From positions 88,102,001 to 88,166,000 of the forward strand of contig OZ320316.1 in the NCBI GenBank assembly GCA_976226885.1: a stretch of DNA of 64,000 nt, given 5' to 3'. Under the pieces are notes generated by a model. It saw only the letters and a list, made by a program, of their open reading frames with translations. It was not told the origin of the DNA and ran no database searches. This DNA is from Iphione sp. A-MEVVRFRX5. Its lineage: Eukaryota. Position numbers and translations under genes: made by a program. Within the stretch, counting starts at the first letter, position 1; the number at the start of each line of letters is the position of its first letter. Below, in pieces: positions 1-14,207 of the stretch.

Positions 1-233
1 AACAAAAAAAGACTTCTTTGCCAGGACACCCGGGCAATCTCCACCATCGGCCAACGTGAGCGTGACAGTGGCGAGGAGCAGGAGGAGCAATTAAGGCGCG
101 TCCCCTCTTGGCGAGAATAGCTAAGAATGTCATCGGTCATTGTAGACCACTTTCCACGGCGAGGGGAGCCCCTGGGATGGGATGGACGGATAGAAAAGGT
201 TTCTGGCTTGTAAAATGCGGGTTGATGGAGGCC

Positions 234-254
234 GGGGAGGGGGCGGGGGGGGGG
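234..254 (+). other. G-rich tract, possible G-quadruplex
   Basis: GGGG-A-GGGGG-C-GGGGGGGGGG; the 10-G run can supply two tracts. Confidence 0.4.
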
Positions 255-1811
255 TTGTGGCAATAGGAAGGGTAGGAGTGTATGCTGGCCGTAAGAGGTA
301 TAAACCACATTGCACCACGATTAAAGCTATCCTGCGATTTGTATGGGAATAATAGGACAATCATCCGCGATGCGTATGGAAGTGTGTAATCTTCGCGTTA
401 GGCACTTCACCATGGACAAAAGTGGACGCCAATTCTGTCGTATCGAGGGGTAATTCCTAGCTTGCACGGGCCATTGAGGCACCCGTTCTGGTGGGCCAAG
501 ACTCCACTGGTATGCACCTACAGAAACGTGATTCATCAAGCGGCCGGTTGCGTGGAGAGGGCAATTAGCTCCTTACTGCCTCTGAACTTTCTGCGCCCCA
601 CACGACCAATACAAAGCCCAGGAGCACCACCGCACGTGATCCTGCATTAATAACAAATCTTCACATCTGCACGCTGGCTGCTAGGAATACAACAATGATA
701 TTGAAAATCGGCTTTCAACCGATTGAATCAATACAAAATTAAAGTAGGTACCTTATATCATGCATGCTGTTTAGCGCATAGTATTATTCCAACACAATCC
801 GTATGCATAGATGGCGTTCTTTGTTTGAAGGCGTATCTGGCATAGATGATGATTTAATACCCGTCTCAGTTCATTATTAAACAGACGATCAGAGCCTGCT
901 ACAATAACGTCTGGCCTTTCCGTACCTAGTCGGAATAAAAAAACAGTTATTAAAGAGCCAAAGAGTTGAACCGTAAAAAGTATACTAATAGAGACTGCCA
1001 TCGGGATGTCTTTTCGTACACGCATATACATGTACATGAAAGAACCCGACGTCAAAATTAAAATTATTTTACAAAGCGTAGGATCAAAGAACACCCATAT
1101 GCAAAAGGGTATGCTGGTATGAAAATGAGTTGCATGATAGGATGAATTGTCCTTTCCTTTTGGCCTCAGTTTCAGATATTCCATGCGTGTTTAACTGCGA
1201 TAATCTAGACAATCTATGCGTCGTGTGCCATTTTACAGACCTGTACAACTCTCTGGGTGAATCTGGAGAGACCAAGGAACTGTATGTTAATTAAAACGGG
1301 GACCCATTGTAACAATGTGAATGTATTATGCTCATTTGCAATCGCAAGCGATACAATTGTAAACTGAAGAGAGAAAATTCCCTTCGACAACTGAGATATT
1401 AGTGGCTTGTTGAGACCACCGTCCTTAATGACTCTCTCAGGAGTTGCCGCGCTCCATTATGTGCTAAATGCATGTTCCTCCACAGGAAAATAATCAAAGA
1501 CCTACTATCCTATTGAGCCAATCACGTAGAGCCTTGGTTTCTTCTGAAATGATGCTGAGTCTTTGAAATCTTAAGACGGATCATTATCTCAGGAACACAG
1601 TCAGGATATGGCCTCTTATCTTTCAAGTTACTTTAGACTTGTTGTGACATCCTAGCCAAAAGAGCCTGAAGTACTTTCTCGTAGTTGCAGTGATTATTTC
1701 TGAAGATTATTTACCCATCATATATTAAGTTTCTACGGGGAATCACAGGAAGCTATACGGCTCTCTTCTAAGTTTGTAGCCAGACGTGTTAGGGATCTGG
1801 ATTGCAGCGCA

Positions 1812-1825
1812 TGACCTGCTGACCT
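1812..1825 (-). promoter_or_regulatory. Perfect DR2 nuclear-receptor element (candidate RARE)
   Basis: Plus strand TGACCT-GC-TGACCT, i.e. AGGTCA-GC-AGGTCA on minus. The motif match is exact; function is untested. Confidence 0.4.
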
Positions 1826-4553
1826 AAACTAATTTATTACTGATATTTCCTTCTTGATTGTGACTTGATTTCCCATCGATAACAATTGGAGAGTAATAAG
1901 GAGAAATAATCTAAAGTTGATTAACTGTTGGTCGGCGCGCAGCTGAGGTCTCTGTTTGAGTCAGCGCACGCAGGATAGAGCCCCACAGGTTGCCGGTGCC
2001 CCCGAGTGATCAATACCGCTCACGGAAACGAGGTGGCTTTTTATACTCGCTTGGTCTCTGTCGGCTGAGCTTCTCGCCGCTCCTGTATTTCTGTGATTAT
2101 TGTCACTGAGTTGCTCTAGCTGAGGTGCACGTTGTGAAATTCAGCTCCACATTTATGAGTCACGGCTCAATACACAGCCCCTTCCAGACACGAGCCCGCC
2201 TAGGAATCATGCAAAACAGACATTGCTGAATTACAAATCAATCTTTATGGTTTCACCTTAAACTTAAAAACTCTCAGGCCAATACTTGGTCTGAAAAAAA
2301 TGGCTGCCCTGCGTTTTTCTTGTGGACCTTTTCTTCTATGGTTTTAATTTTAATCGGATCACGATAACCATTTTAGTGTGCTAGTTTTAGCAGACACATA
2401 GTTGATAAGCCATATTACGACACTCCTGATGCCATCCTCCAGCTTTCAAGGGAGGAAAGGATGAGATATTTGTAGGTCACTAAGAGTTCTGGCCCTGCCT
2501 GCCGTGTCATGGGCGCATTACGCCTGGGTAACTGATCCACAGTTTGCATGTAGGACTACTGATGTAAATTAATTTTCCTTGCGTTTGTCAATGAAGTGAT
2601 TAATTTCCGTCGCCGCTGGTCCAGTCTGCAACACTCATTTGGCACTCAGTGCATTCTCTGATCCTAGTCCTATCTCTCCCGGAGAGTTATAATTAAAAAA
2701 AAGAACGATATTCTGCACATGTGAGGAAACGCTAGCTGTTTGTTCTGGGTACCATACCAATAGCAATTCAGACTTTAATTTATCCAATCTGACGGTGCGG
2801 ATAGAACTCTCAATTAAAGATAGATATCGAGTGGTTACAAACTGCAAAACAAAGTTACTCAGTGCTGTATCCTTTCGAGGTTACGGGAAATAGGATGAGG
2901 CTGGTCTTCTAAGGATTAGTCTCACTGATGCCCCCTAATCAGCCACATTTCCACCGAGATTATGTGATCCAGGCGGCGGACAATTGCCTTCCAAAGCTGC
3001 AAGGCAGAGAGCATGAACCGAGTCACATCGTTTTACTAACGGGCGAATGTGATATTTGGTCTGCAGTCTTCTCTTACAGAAAACACATCATGAACAAACA
3101 TATCAGACGGCAAATAGATAATAATTACCTCCAACAAGATCGTATTTGTTGCTGTAACCTTCCCATTTCACTGAAATACCAGTGCTTCGGAAAACTTTAC
3201 AAGACAAACAGATACAGACAATATTTCAAAACCGAACACTCAAATTCCGAATTATCCCAAATCCAAACAGATTGGACGGGTACCAATTGTATTTCAGTGT
3301 TCAAATAATCATATAACCAACTGGTTATGTCTAAAATCCAAAATTTTTTGGCCGAATTTGTCTTATTTTGCCATTTTTGAGGTGATTGAATTTCTCTGTT
3401 TGCTATTTTTTGCTGTTTCTTGACTGACTTTGCCCGACTTTTGCCATTTCTCTTGACTTTGCCTGAATTTTTGTCAGCAATAAATACAGTGTACATTCCT
3501 TATAATATCCAGGCTGGGAGAAAAACTGGATTTGGGGGACAATTCAATATCCCAAAAATCCACAATGCGAATGAAATCAGCGGAAACAGCTATCACGCAG
3601 TTTTGAATTTCAACTGTAATAAAAAAAGAACAGTTTTATGCATACAAATGTAGCAGTACCTACTGCTGTCTGCTCCAGTTGTCTCCCTTTCCAGCAGTAC
3701 TGTTGTTTGTATGAAAGCTAGAGCAAATTAAACATGGTAAATGGATCTTGCGTCGACAGAGGCAATTTACTTCACTCGCAACTATGCGACTGACTAGAGT
3801 ATCAGTATGAAATGAAGAAGGTGAATATCTAACGACGCACATCCCTATGGCAGCTGTCTCTTTAAGAGTCCTATCAACGCATTCTCAGTTTTTCCTGTTT
3901 GAGAACGCAATCTTCGTTCAGATGTTTTATGCCGCCACAAAAACTTTGTCAGACTGAAACTAATTGGCAGTCAAGCAGCCATTCAGGGATAGGGGACAGG
4001 GAATGATTCTGTTGGCTAGGTGTATTGTTAAAAGCAATACGGAAGAGTGTGCAGACTGTATTTCCTTGGGGGCAAATTGGATGGGGATTGATAAATAGGG
4101 AAGGGGGTCAATGATGAATAAGGGAACACTCTCATTAAATCTAAGCTGCGGATCGGCCTGCGATTTTTTTTCAACCATTTTGGGTGAGTAATTAGGATAA
4201 GGCCGAATGGCTCGAAGCATCACAGCGACCCGGGTTTGAGCTAATGAAAGATTGGGTTAATCTGGGAATGTGCATGATAGCCGGACGGGGCTAAAGGTTG
4301 TGTAAGCTGTAGCCAATCCTAATCAAAATTCACAACATTGATCCTCATCAAAAATGCTTTTAGCTATGATCTGATATTTTTTCCCATGATGGGTGGTAAA
4401 TTAAGTTCGATCATCGTCTTGTTGTCCATGATGAGCACATAAAATAAAGTACTCTAGCTGGCAGTACTTCCAGTCAATACTATACTCATCTATCTCTACT
4501 CGGACCAACGTGTAATACAGGTTAAATTGGATATTTGCATACAATTAATGTGA

Positions 4554-4573
4554 ATATATATATATATATATAT
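4554..4573. repeat. (AT)n microsatellite
   Basis: About 10 uninterrupted AT units. Confidence 0.9.
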
Positions 4574-7500
4574 CAACGTTGAATCGTCTGCTAGTTTTAA
4601 AAACTATTAAGAGTTTACTACCCATCTTTTGAAATGATGAAAACTATTCCGGATCCAAATACTATTCCCTAGACTTGCTGAATCACTGAGGATGTATATC
4701 TTATCGGGTATGTAACAGCCTATGGTGCTGTATATGCAGACTGGAAATGACATTGGTTAAGACCTTTTTTAAACTGTGATTTGAATTTCCCCGCACTCTG
4801 TTGGCCCTATGATCTGACCCTTTCTAACGCACACCACCCATTTCTGAGTCAGCCGGGAGTCAGTAGTGGTGCACTTTGGCACCAATTAGAGCAATTGTAA
4901 GGTAAAAATATGAATACCTTAGAGTTTATGGTTCTAACATTGTACATTTTAGGCAGTAAAGCTAAATACGTCCTATCATATTTCCATAAAGCCAAGAACC
5001 ATTGTTTATTGCAGTCCAGATAATACCTTCTGGATCGGCGTCACCCGGAGAAAGTATAAACCTTTCAAAACCATGTAATACAATTTGCTTCACTAAGCTT
5101 GTGGCCGATGAATCCAAACGTTTCTCACCGGACATCCGCAATTGTTTGACAACATATTTTCGTTATATACAACTATATAATACCGAATAAGGCAACATTT
5201 ATGTGCATGTCATTTATTCTATGACCGTATGCCAGCATGTCCTCGGCAAAATGGATCATAGGTATTATTTTTCAGACTGATATACACACATTTTTGTGCC
5301 ATCAAATGGATATAGACATAAGAATGACCGCTTAGTATATTGCTTCTCGATTACATAAATTCATGAAAACATTCAAAAACTGATGATGGAACTGTCACAA
5401 CCTTCCTAAATCCATATATTACTTTCTCCTATTCTCCCTGTTACAACTTGTCTTCCCCCCATGCCAGTGTATTCATACAATATACAGGTATAGAACAATG
5501 GGTGTACACTTAACGAAATATGTATTCTAGTGATGTAAACCGAAATTCATGTTTGTCTGCAGAGAACCTACAGTAAGGAATGAGTGGTTATGAAGCGTGT
5601 TCAGGAGAAGTATTTTAGAAAGGTATGGCCACTGTCAGACAGGGATTGCTTCCTATAGAGGCATCGCTTTTCACTTGACTAATATATTTCTTCATATTTC
5701 GTGTTAGTGCAAATTTCGCACAGGGGACCAATGGGACGGTTACAAGTAAGACCACTTGTAGAAATGTGACATTATCTTGCAGAAGGGACTACTGCAAGCC
5801 AACGGAAGCTGAGATAACATCATGATGAGAACTAGCAATTAGGCAAGATGTTACCATATTGCACAGAAGCAAGTGATAAGGAAACGTTTCAATAGAAGCC
5901 ACACTGTTACCGCTAGTTACTGCAAGATGTCATTATACATGTACCATATGCACCAGTCTTTATCTCTGTATGGAGTGGAGCATCTGAAACCCTTTCCAAC
6001 AGTCACAAATAGTTTATACTGTACAAGCTATAATGTCCAGTAAGAAATCGTGCATGGATGTATATGCAAAGATAAAAACAACCTTATATTTATATTATCC
6101 ATTGCATGAATGGGTAATGTTGACGCATCCAAAAGGCTGCAAAAAGTGGCGGCTCACATGATCACATGGATAAAGATAAAACATATACACCAATGAATCT
6201 TTGAAGGCGTTAGCATTGTGCCTAATGATGTGTCTCCTATTAATTCTTTACTTAAAGAAATAATAAAGGAAACCCATCAATAGGACCACTCTCTTCGAAA
6301 GAGACTACTTTTGAAAAGAACTAAAGGTGATGCAGTGACTGAGGTGCTATATTTCTGACGACTGTTATTAAGATAATATTATTAAAGATTGTATGATAAC
6401 TATCTTCCCCAAATATACATTATCTCGGTCAAATGAATAAGGAAAGACCAGCTATATGTTTCAGATCTGTTCAGAACTGTTTCCGTGGTTGCAACCTTGG
6501 TAACAACAAAGTGTACACCTCACTGGTAGGTTCAATAGCAGCCTTTATTCTTCACAGCATACAGCATGGCAGCAAAGTTCAGCAATGGCAGGTCTGATGA
6601 GATCTTCAGAGCAACTCTCTTATATACTCAAATCTAGTGACAAACACTGCACATAAATATTATGCAATCCAGAAACAGTCATTAATTCAAGATAGCTTGA
6701 ACAATAAGACAATAAAAGTTACTTTGTTCACATGCGACATGATACCATATGACACGCTGTTACATTGTTTTACCTAGAAGAGGTTTCCACTGAGAGCTGT
6801 TCTAAGAACATGTGCACTTGATGAAAAATTTTGTTTGTGCACTTAAAGTATTTTGTACAATACTTTACTTCACAACATATAACTATACACTATACAGTTA
6901 TACAAGTACTTTGAAAACATTATTTCTAATGACACATTCTATATCACAATTGGTACTGTGTTACACCTTTGACTTCAACACTTCTTTTGTTTCCCCGATG
7001 AAAACAGCTGGCCCTGACGGCAAAACACAGGAGAAACCTTTTCTCACAAAAATCAATAGCGGAAACATAGGGGGGGGAGAGAAGGAATCATTCTGGATAC
7101 ACTTAAGAGAAGAATCTAAAGATCACAGTTGTGTTAGGTTAGGTGACTCCCAAAACGTTCTTTCAGGAATGAAACAAAGTATGTTATGGTGAAATTTCAG
7201 AAGTAGCCAAAGGCAATCTCAGAGAAAGGTGACATGACAGGAAGTAACTCAACATCTACTCAGAAAATGAATGGGATTGTGCGGAAATAGAGAAGCAGCT
7301 CAGTAAGAGATAATCTCTTACTTGGATGAAGGGAACAATACCTTAGGTATCTGGAGGAAAGATTCAAATGCATCTCTAATACAAAGAAACTTAATCAGCA
7401 TTCGAAGTGAAAGAAGGTTAATAGTGACAACCAAACTGATTGCGAATATCTCATTACTCTGCACAATCTAAAAGTTATTTACAACAGAATTGAATTGGAA

Positions 7501-7959
7501 TCAAGAAAAGAATGTGTAACCAAATGTTGATACATTTTGAGCAACAGTATGAATACCTGCAAGTTTACTGTGCTCACGAGCACAGGAAGAATTCTATCAA
7601 TACAATATTATAGAACAAATGATGCGATCAATCATAGTCATTGAAAGATCATAAAATGTTCTGATTATTTTACGGGGATTAAAGGTATTTTTTAAATGGT
7701 TGCAGATGATGTAGATTCGTAGTACATGTATATAATAAATTGTATTCAGCTCATAGAGCTAACGTTGAAAGTCAAATTTTAGTTATAAAATGCCACATTT
7801 TCAGAACAAAAAAACTTAGGTAACATCAGCCCCCCTAGTTTTTCCGTTAGCTGTATGTTGAAGGTGCACTGTAAAGAAAAGGAAAGAGAATGCACTGAGG
7901 TAATACCACATCCTATGATGGGGTTTGGAGCCTTTATCCGAAAAGGAATATGGAGTATA

Positions 7960-9760
7960 CCAAAAATGTGTTAGTATTCATAGGGTAGCGAGCTGGTTCA
8001 GTATGTAAGAGTGCTTGGTGGCACTGGTCCCTGATCTGGAGGTGTAGGCCATGTAGATTAAATATTTGGTATATAACTCTTAATCATGACCACACTGATT
8101 TACCAACAACAGTGCCCAACTTGTGACCAATTCGTGTGCCTGATGCATACGAGGAACCCATAAACCTATTAAAAACAATAGAGGGCAATCCTGGGTGTTC
8201 TGATCCCTCATCCTCAGAAATCGATAAAAGTATGCTATTAGAGGCCAACATGAAGGTTAAATGAAAGAGAGCTCATTGTGTGTAGAGGGTAATGATCCTT
8301 TGAATGTGTTCTGCAGACACTGAATGTCTATAATAAGACGATCATCTATTAATAGACCCAGTAGTTCACACTCAAATGGTATCCGTATGAAGTGCTATAA
8401 AATTGCTGATTATTTTCACATGAAAGTTCTGTGGGCAGGAATCAGTGGGGCCAGAAGAGGGGAATCCCCAAGAAAACGAGTGTTCTGTAAGGTATTTATG
8501 TTTCTAGTTGGGTCATGATTCTTTCTGTTTTATAGGTAATGGGATTTATGTACATGATAACTGCATAATTCGCTTTTCGCAAGAAAAGTAAACATATATC
8601 CTGTTTTATTAAAAAAAATCAAAACAGTTTATAAAGTGGAGACTGAAACTTACGGGTTCAATTCTTTTGGAAAATATATAGTTCTTTCCGAAAGAAAAGT
8701 CCTACTACGTTCTTCACTATAGACGAAAGATCTCCAAAGCACCTGTACCTTTCTCTGTATTGAGACGGCTCATTAGGCTTTCCAGTCTAGCAAAACGTCT
8801 GTGTTCAGGGATCTGATTTTCCCAGCACAGCGCTCAGATTATACGAAGGACGAGCTGAAGGATTCTGTTTTATCTGTATCTGAATTTCAGCGCAAGTTAA
8901 AGAAAACAACTCACAACTGTGATACATTATGCATCTGTAATTCTAATTAAGCACTGCTCAAACTGAAAACTCTTGTAGAGTTGTTGAAAATAAATCCTAG
9001 TATTGGACCAAACGGGGAAAGTAGCACAGTGGAAATGAGCAGGCCTTACCAAAGTGTTCTCTAGTATTTGACTTCTTTTGGCGATGGCTCGTTATCACTA
9101 CAAACCACAAACGGCAATGACATATTCAATGTTTAAAAAGGACATCCCGTTTACTGCACCGGATCGAGCTTCAAAGGCTAGACCTGGTCAATGCGATCCT
9201 CTATGTAAAGTGGTGAGATCAAAGGTAACTGAACGAATACTGCATCAAACGAGGGGCCCAAAGCCGGACTTAGAGTATTGCTATTGGCATACGTGATCAG
9301 GAGGAGGTGAACACAGCAACGAAAGTGACTTCGTTATCACTAAATGGTTACAATCGCGAGCACGTCAGTTAACTAAGGAATTGTACCTGCTCTGCAGCAT
9401 GAGCATATTGACCACCTGTTTATGGACTATGAGTAGTTCAAGTCCGCCACCTCCACTAGCCACCAATCCACACCCGTAAATGATAATATACACTCGGATC
9501 ATTGTCCTGATTTCAGTGTCGCGCTCTCATTTTCCTAGATGATTTCTGGAATAGTTTAATGCGTTGAGCTTTCTGAAATAAAGGGATATTATGGGAGGAA
9601 TCATTGTAGGGCTATAACGAAATCGATACTCCTCCCGTTCTAATATTTTCGATGTAAACAGTTCCTACCATCTAGCATGAAAGTGAGTATAGTTGGTTTC
9701 TATTTCGTCCAAATTCAGTGTTCTGTAAACTGGATGATGAATTGCGTTCGAGCCATGGGA
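7960..9760 (-). mobile_element. Highly decayed CR1/L2-type LINE ORF2 fossil (AP endonuclease to start of RT)
   Basis: Manual minus-strand translation with frameshifts gives motifs in the expected order: IIQFTEH*IW (~9745-9715, cf. DII.ITETW), LDGRNCLHRKY*NGRS (~9675-9625, cf. L.GY..RKDR..GGG), ILGFIFNN (~9004-8981, cf. LDL.F.N), ITD-HNV after removing one base (~8942-8921, cf. SDH), and PDQGPVPPSTL..QLATL*ILTHF (~8040-7962, cf. GPD.IP..LK..ELAPILT.IF). No intact ORF. Confidence 0.4.
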
Positions 9761-12700
9761 CACACTTCACATTTGCGCACCTCTCAGGCGGGCTGGTGCT
9801 AGTAATACAGCGTGATTGTTCTGGAAATTCCAATTAAGGGATCACATTCTACATTTAACAATATGATTAAAGTATGCATTGAAATCGATGGCGAAACTCT
9901 AACGGTGAGGAATTTTTACGTATAAGACTACCGAGGACTGACAATCGGCAGCATGTGATGTGAGGGAAATAAGAATGCTTCTCCACGAGTTTCATCTACC
10001 ATCCATATTCAAGCGCTCTCACCCTTGGCCAATATTTGCTTAGGGAAGAATGAGATCATGCCAAGTTTGCGCCTCCGCCGCACCACGCATCTTATCGACC
10101 GGCGGTGGTTTTGTTCTCGGATGGCGGCAAATTAATTGAGCATGCGGTGAAGACGCCCCGTGTCTGCGCGGTCGGCGGTCTTAGCGGGCCCAGAGTGCTG
10201 ATAGGCCCATCATGCCAGTGTTTGGCCCGACAACGACGGCCGACAACGCCACTGTAACATATGCGGCATATTAAAAGCAATTTTCTCCTAAACAGGACCC
10301 TATCGGGCCGCTCCTACTTTGTCTTGGTAGGGTACCATATAGCATCGTTCCTTTATTAAGCTCTAACTGTGAGTAAATTAGTAGTGCCTTGGGTATTGTC
10401 AGTTACACGTCGTAACATACCATGGATTCTGCAGAAACGAATAATAAAGCCATTGAGGAATTGACTCGTGCTAGGTTAGAGTGAAACGATTGCCGGAAAT
10501 CACCCATATTGTTACTCTTGATCGATATATCATGGAGGCTTCCTCTGTTTTAGCTCGTAGTAGCCGCACAGGACATAGCATGTCTAGGAAATCATGACAG
10601 TTCATCATCATGGCCCGAGGCCATTGACAATAGGGGTAGGCATACACTGACAAATAATAGGCTCGAGCTTGTGGTGTCGCAATAAGTAATTTCCTCTTCG
10701 CGACTGAGACCACTCAGAAGCCGCGGAAAATATTTACGAGCGTTAGGCATAAAGGCTCCTGTGGTGCAGCTGTCATGTCAGGTTTACCTCACGCCAGCCG
10801 ATACCCAAGCTGTGCTGGCTAGATTGACAATGATGTGACCCTTGTTGCGGCTGGTATCAGAGGCCGACACTACGCAGCAGGACGCCCACCCATGCTACAT
10901 GCTACGGTGGGGCTTGTTTCATAGTGTCGTGCGCGCAGACGCCAGCAAGAGTGGGCCATCAGCTACGGTGCAGTTGCCTCCTGAGACCTTTACGTCCGCG
11001 TCTATTTTACGAGTCTAATGTGGGCTACTACCGTGACGCCCATCACTTCCGTGCGGCACATCAGGGGTTAATGGTTGCACGAAGGGTTGAGCATTTCCAT
11101 TTTGCCCCCACTGAGATAGCCCGGCCTATGATTCGCAAATACTAGCTGAGGTCAGGTGTAGAGAGCTCAGGCGGGTAGTAGGGCCAATCCAATATATGCA
11201 AGCAACCACGGGGGGATCAAGTAGTGGAAGCCCAGACGCCCGCCTCGGCTGTACCAACCCACAGCCATCATCTTGATTGGAGAAGGCATCGACAACTTGA
11301 AGCTCAGCTCCCCCAGGTGGGAATACTGCATATTCAGGCCCTTCGGAATCTTGTAAGTTCAACGACGCCAAGACGAGGAGGTCTGTGATTGTATAATTAT
11401 GTATGGTGTATACACCATGCGATAGATGGTACCACCAGTGCGGACAATGTTAGAAGTGAACATGTTATTGCTTATAATTGATTGATCTGATAACACACGT
11501 AGACATTGGACGAGGCACATTCTGGACGTCTTGATAAAGTTCTAATTCAAAGACATAGGGGTAAGACAACGATTTCAAGTGAAATACTATTTCCTCATGA
11601 GATACCAGATTTTGCGTATGCAGATTAAGAAAGTATCCGCCAAAAATCACCCAAAAGATGGGTACATATATATAGGGTGTTCGCAATATTTATATGAAAC
11701 ATAATTGAAATTTTAATTTCGATAATTCACAACAAAGGCATGACCGAAGTACAAGGTTGTTAGGATATATTGTAGGGGCTGAGTGTAGCCCGGAAGAAAA
11801 CGAAACCTGACATTTCCGTTACATGTCAGAGCCTGTCGGACAAACCTTAGAAGACGCCCCGGGCACAGGTCTCTCTTGTGGACCGACCACGGTTTGCCAG
11901 GGCACTCCTACGTAGGGCGCGCCCTTGGATTCAGGAGGAGTCATTCACCAGGCCCCTCCAGGGCGTGTCATCTGCTCATGAGCGCCAAGGAGGCCAGAGG
12001 AGCTCCAAGCAGGAGCGTCGGCGAAGGACGGCCTAGTGGCCACGTTGTAACGGATTGGGATGGAATGGACTGGCCGCCGCGGGCACCTTTATGTGTGCGT
12101 TAGGCCCGGGTCACGGACAGCGGTCACTTTAGAAGGGGCGGATGAGATTAGGTGGTCAGTCTGGCTCCAGAACACCGCTCCCGACGACAAGCCGCGGAAG
12201 CGCTTTCTTCTCAAATGTCACTAATGGTTTACTTTCTCCGGATGAAATTCGACTTGATGTTACTCGTAATGTTGTTTTTGTTTCGTTCTTTCTGTCAGCT
12301 CGAAAACTTTCTTAATAACATTTGCAAAAGTTGATATGACATGAAATAATTAAGGAACGGTATAGTAAAGACTCCGGGTGACGCCTTTAATTTTGCGTAA
12401 TTGAAAATTATTTAGAACGTTTCTCCACTTGTCCGATTAAATTACTTGCGATGCAAAATTAAAATTCCCGTTGGCATTTCATGACATTGTTTTGACTCAT
12501 AGACACTTTCAGCAGTTCGTTTTTGACCCAGAGAAATATTGCTTCTTCCGCTCTTTCCCCGGGTTCCGTCAGATCAGTCAGGGCTGGAACTACCCTTTCA
12601 TATAACCAGGCCCTCGCCAGCTCTCGAGCTTTCTGCTTGTCAACCCTCACTTAACGTGAGACTCAATTAAAGCATTAGCCAAGTCACTCCAACCCAATTC

Positions 12701-14207
12701 CTATGGGAATCCACTAATTCCCAAACCCTTGTTCCCTTCGTCGAGTCCTCCTCTCTCGAACTCTGGGGAGTTCAATCAAATTTTGATCTTTCATGACTTA
12801 TTCAAATTTATAGGGCCATTAGTCATGGGGGGTTTCCGTTCCGCTGTTGGACCGTCTAAATAGTTAGCCAAATGCATGCATGAGACGTGGCAGCACTTGA
12901 ATTGCATATTCATGCAGGGCGGTTGTGATTGACAGACCGTTTGTGATGGTCAAGCTCTTGTCTTTTTTTTGTCTGCTGAACTTGTAGCGATGAATCATAG
13001 CAGAGCCACCTAGCAAACTTAAGTTTATCAGGGTTTTAAGGTGACTGCGAACCTTGACTGGGGTCAATCGTGAGGTCAGTAGTTTCTCAAGGCTGGTGAG
13101 TGTTTCGCCTGAGCACTGAGGCTCAGTCTTTCCGGCCCACTACTCGGGTCTATATCATCGACTGTTGGCAAGAGTAGCTTTCTTGATGATGAGTAGCCGC
13201 CAAGGTCGCGGTTACTTTGACTATCCGTCAGCACCCGACAGCTCCGCCCATCCATCAAGAAGTCGAATCTTAATTGCTTGTACTTTGAATTCAGAAAACC
13301 TGAGCCTCTGCTTCCTGATGAATCATTTACTGTTGCAGGCCACAACTCCCCCTAGTGGCTAGGATTACACCGCACCACAATTCCAGAAAATACGATAACA
13401 TGGGCTACTTGCGGGAGCTTGCCTGGAACTGCGGTCTGCTTTACTAAATTTTCATCCAGTATAAGTTTATTTGCCCAGCTCTGTTTTATACCTAAGCATA
13501 TGCATACTCACATCTCAGGATAATAGGCTTTGAATCCTTCCTATATATGTCTTTTATGTTAGCTCTTTCGTATAGCTGAAATTATTCGTCAACTGGAGAA
13601 ACCGCTGTAGCATGCAAAGTGTTCATTGTGTTTTTCTCGGGTCTTTGTTGATTACTTTCTAGATCATGCAAGAAAGCCGTTAACAAGTCCTAATTGGAGA
13701 TCTTTTTTCCAGGCTATCCAGACAGGCTATGCTTGGTGAAGATATAGAGCTGCATCTTATCGAAACGTGCAACGTTGAAGGCAAATTGAATCTCACAATA
13801 AAGCGTATGTTCATCCTTCTGCGAGATAATACAGAAATTGCTGACTCTCCAATTAGTTTTGTATGCACTGTTACTTTGGTCGTGATTCGGCTGTAGGAAA
13901 ATACATATAGTGGCCATATGAGAAGACAATCAATGGAAACAATACAAGCTTTCAAGAACCCATGTCCCTTTGTTCAAAGGAGTAATATGTCATTGTGTTC
14001 TTCTAGGGACAACATGTCCGATTCTGTTGCATGTATAGAGAGGAATATTCAAAGGTATCGGCTCAAGATAGAGTAGCAGCATGTCGCAGTAAATAAAACT
14101 GACGTGCAAAGATTGTGCATGAATGGCGTGTCGATCGCATGTCTAAGTAAATGACAAGGTAATGTTTTTCGTTATTTGGATACGCTTAAGGAAATGCATC
14201 TTAGTAA

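Noticed and set aside
771-1184. 137-aa minus-strand ORF with hydrophobic stretches and a KGKDNSSY word resembling a LINE RT start
   Set aside because: No further RT motifs in register and no recognisable family; consistent with a chance ORF.
3170-3560. Strand-skewed T-rich segment resembling a MITE interior
   Set aside because: I could not find terminal inverted repeats or a target-site duplication.
5841-5861. AGGCAAGATGTT matches the first 12 nt of miR-31
   Set aside because: The 3' half diverges and there is no complementary arm for a pre-miRNA hairpin.
12459-12650. 63-aa minus-strand ORF with protein-like composition (MRVDKQKARELARAWLYERVV...)
   Set aside because: Non-ATG start, no convincing splice boundaries, no recognised domain; surrounded by enhancer-like motifs.
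12757-12774. CGAACT-N6-AGTTCA, an ER6-like element
   Set aside because: One half-site is mismatched; too degenerate to call alone.
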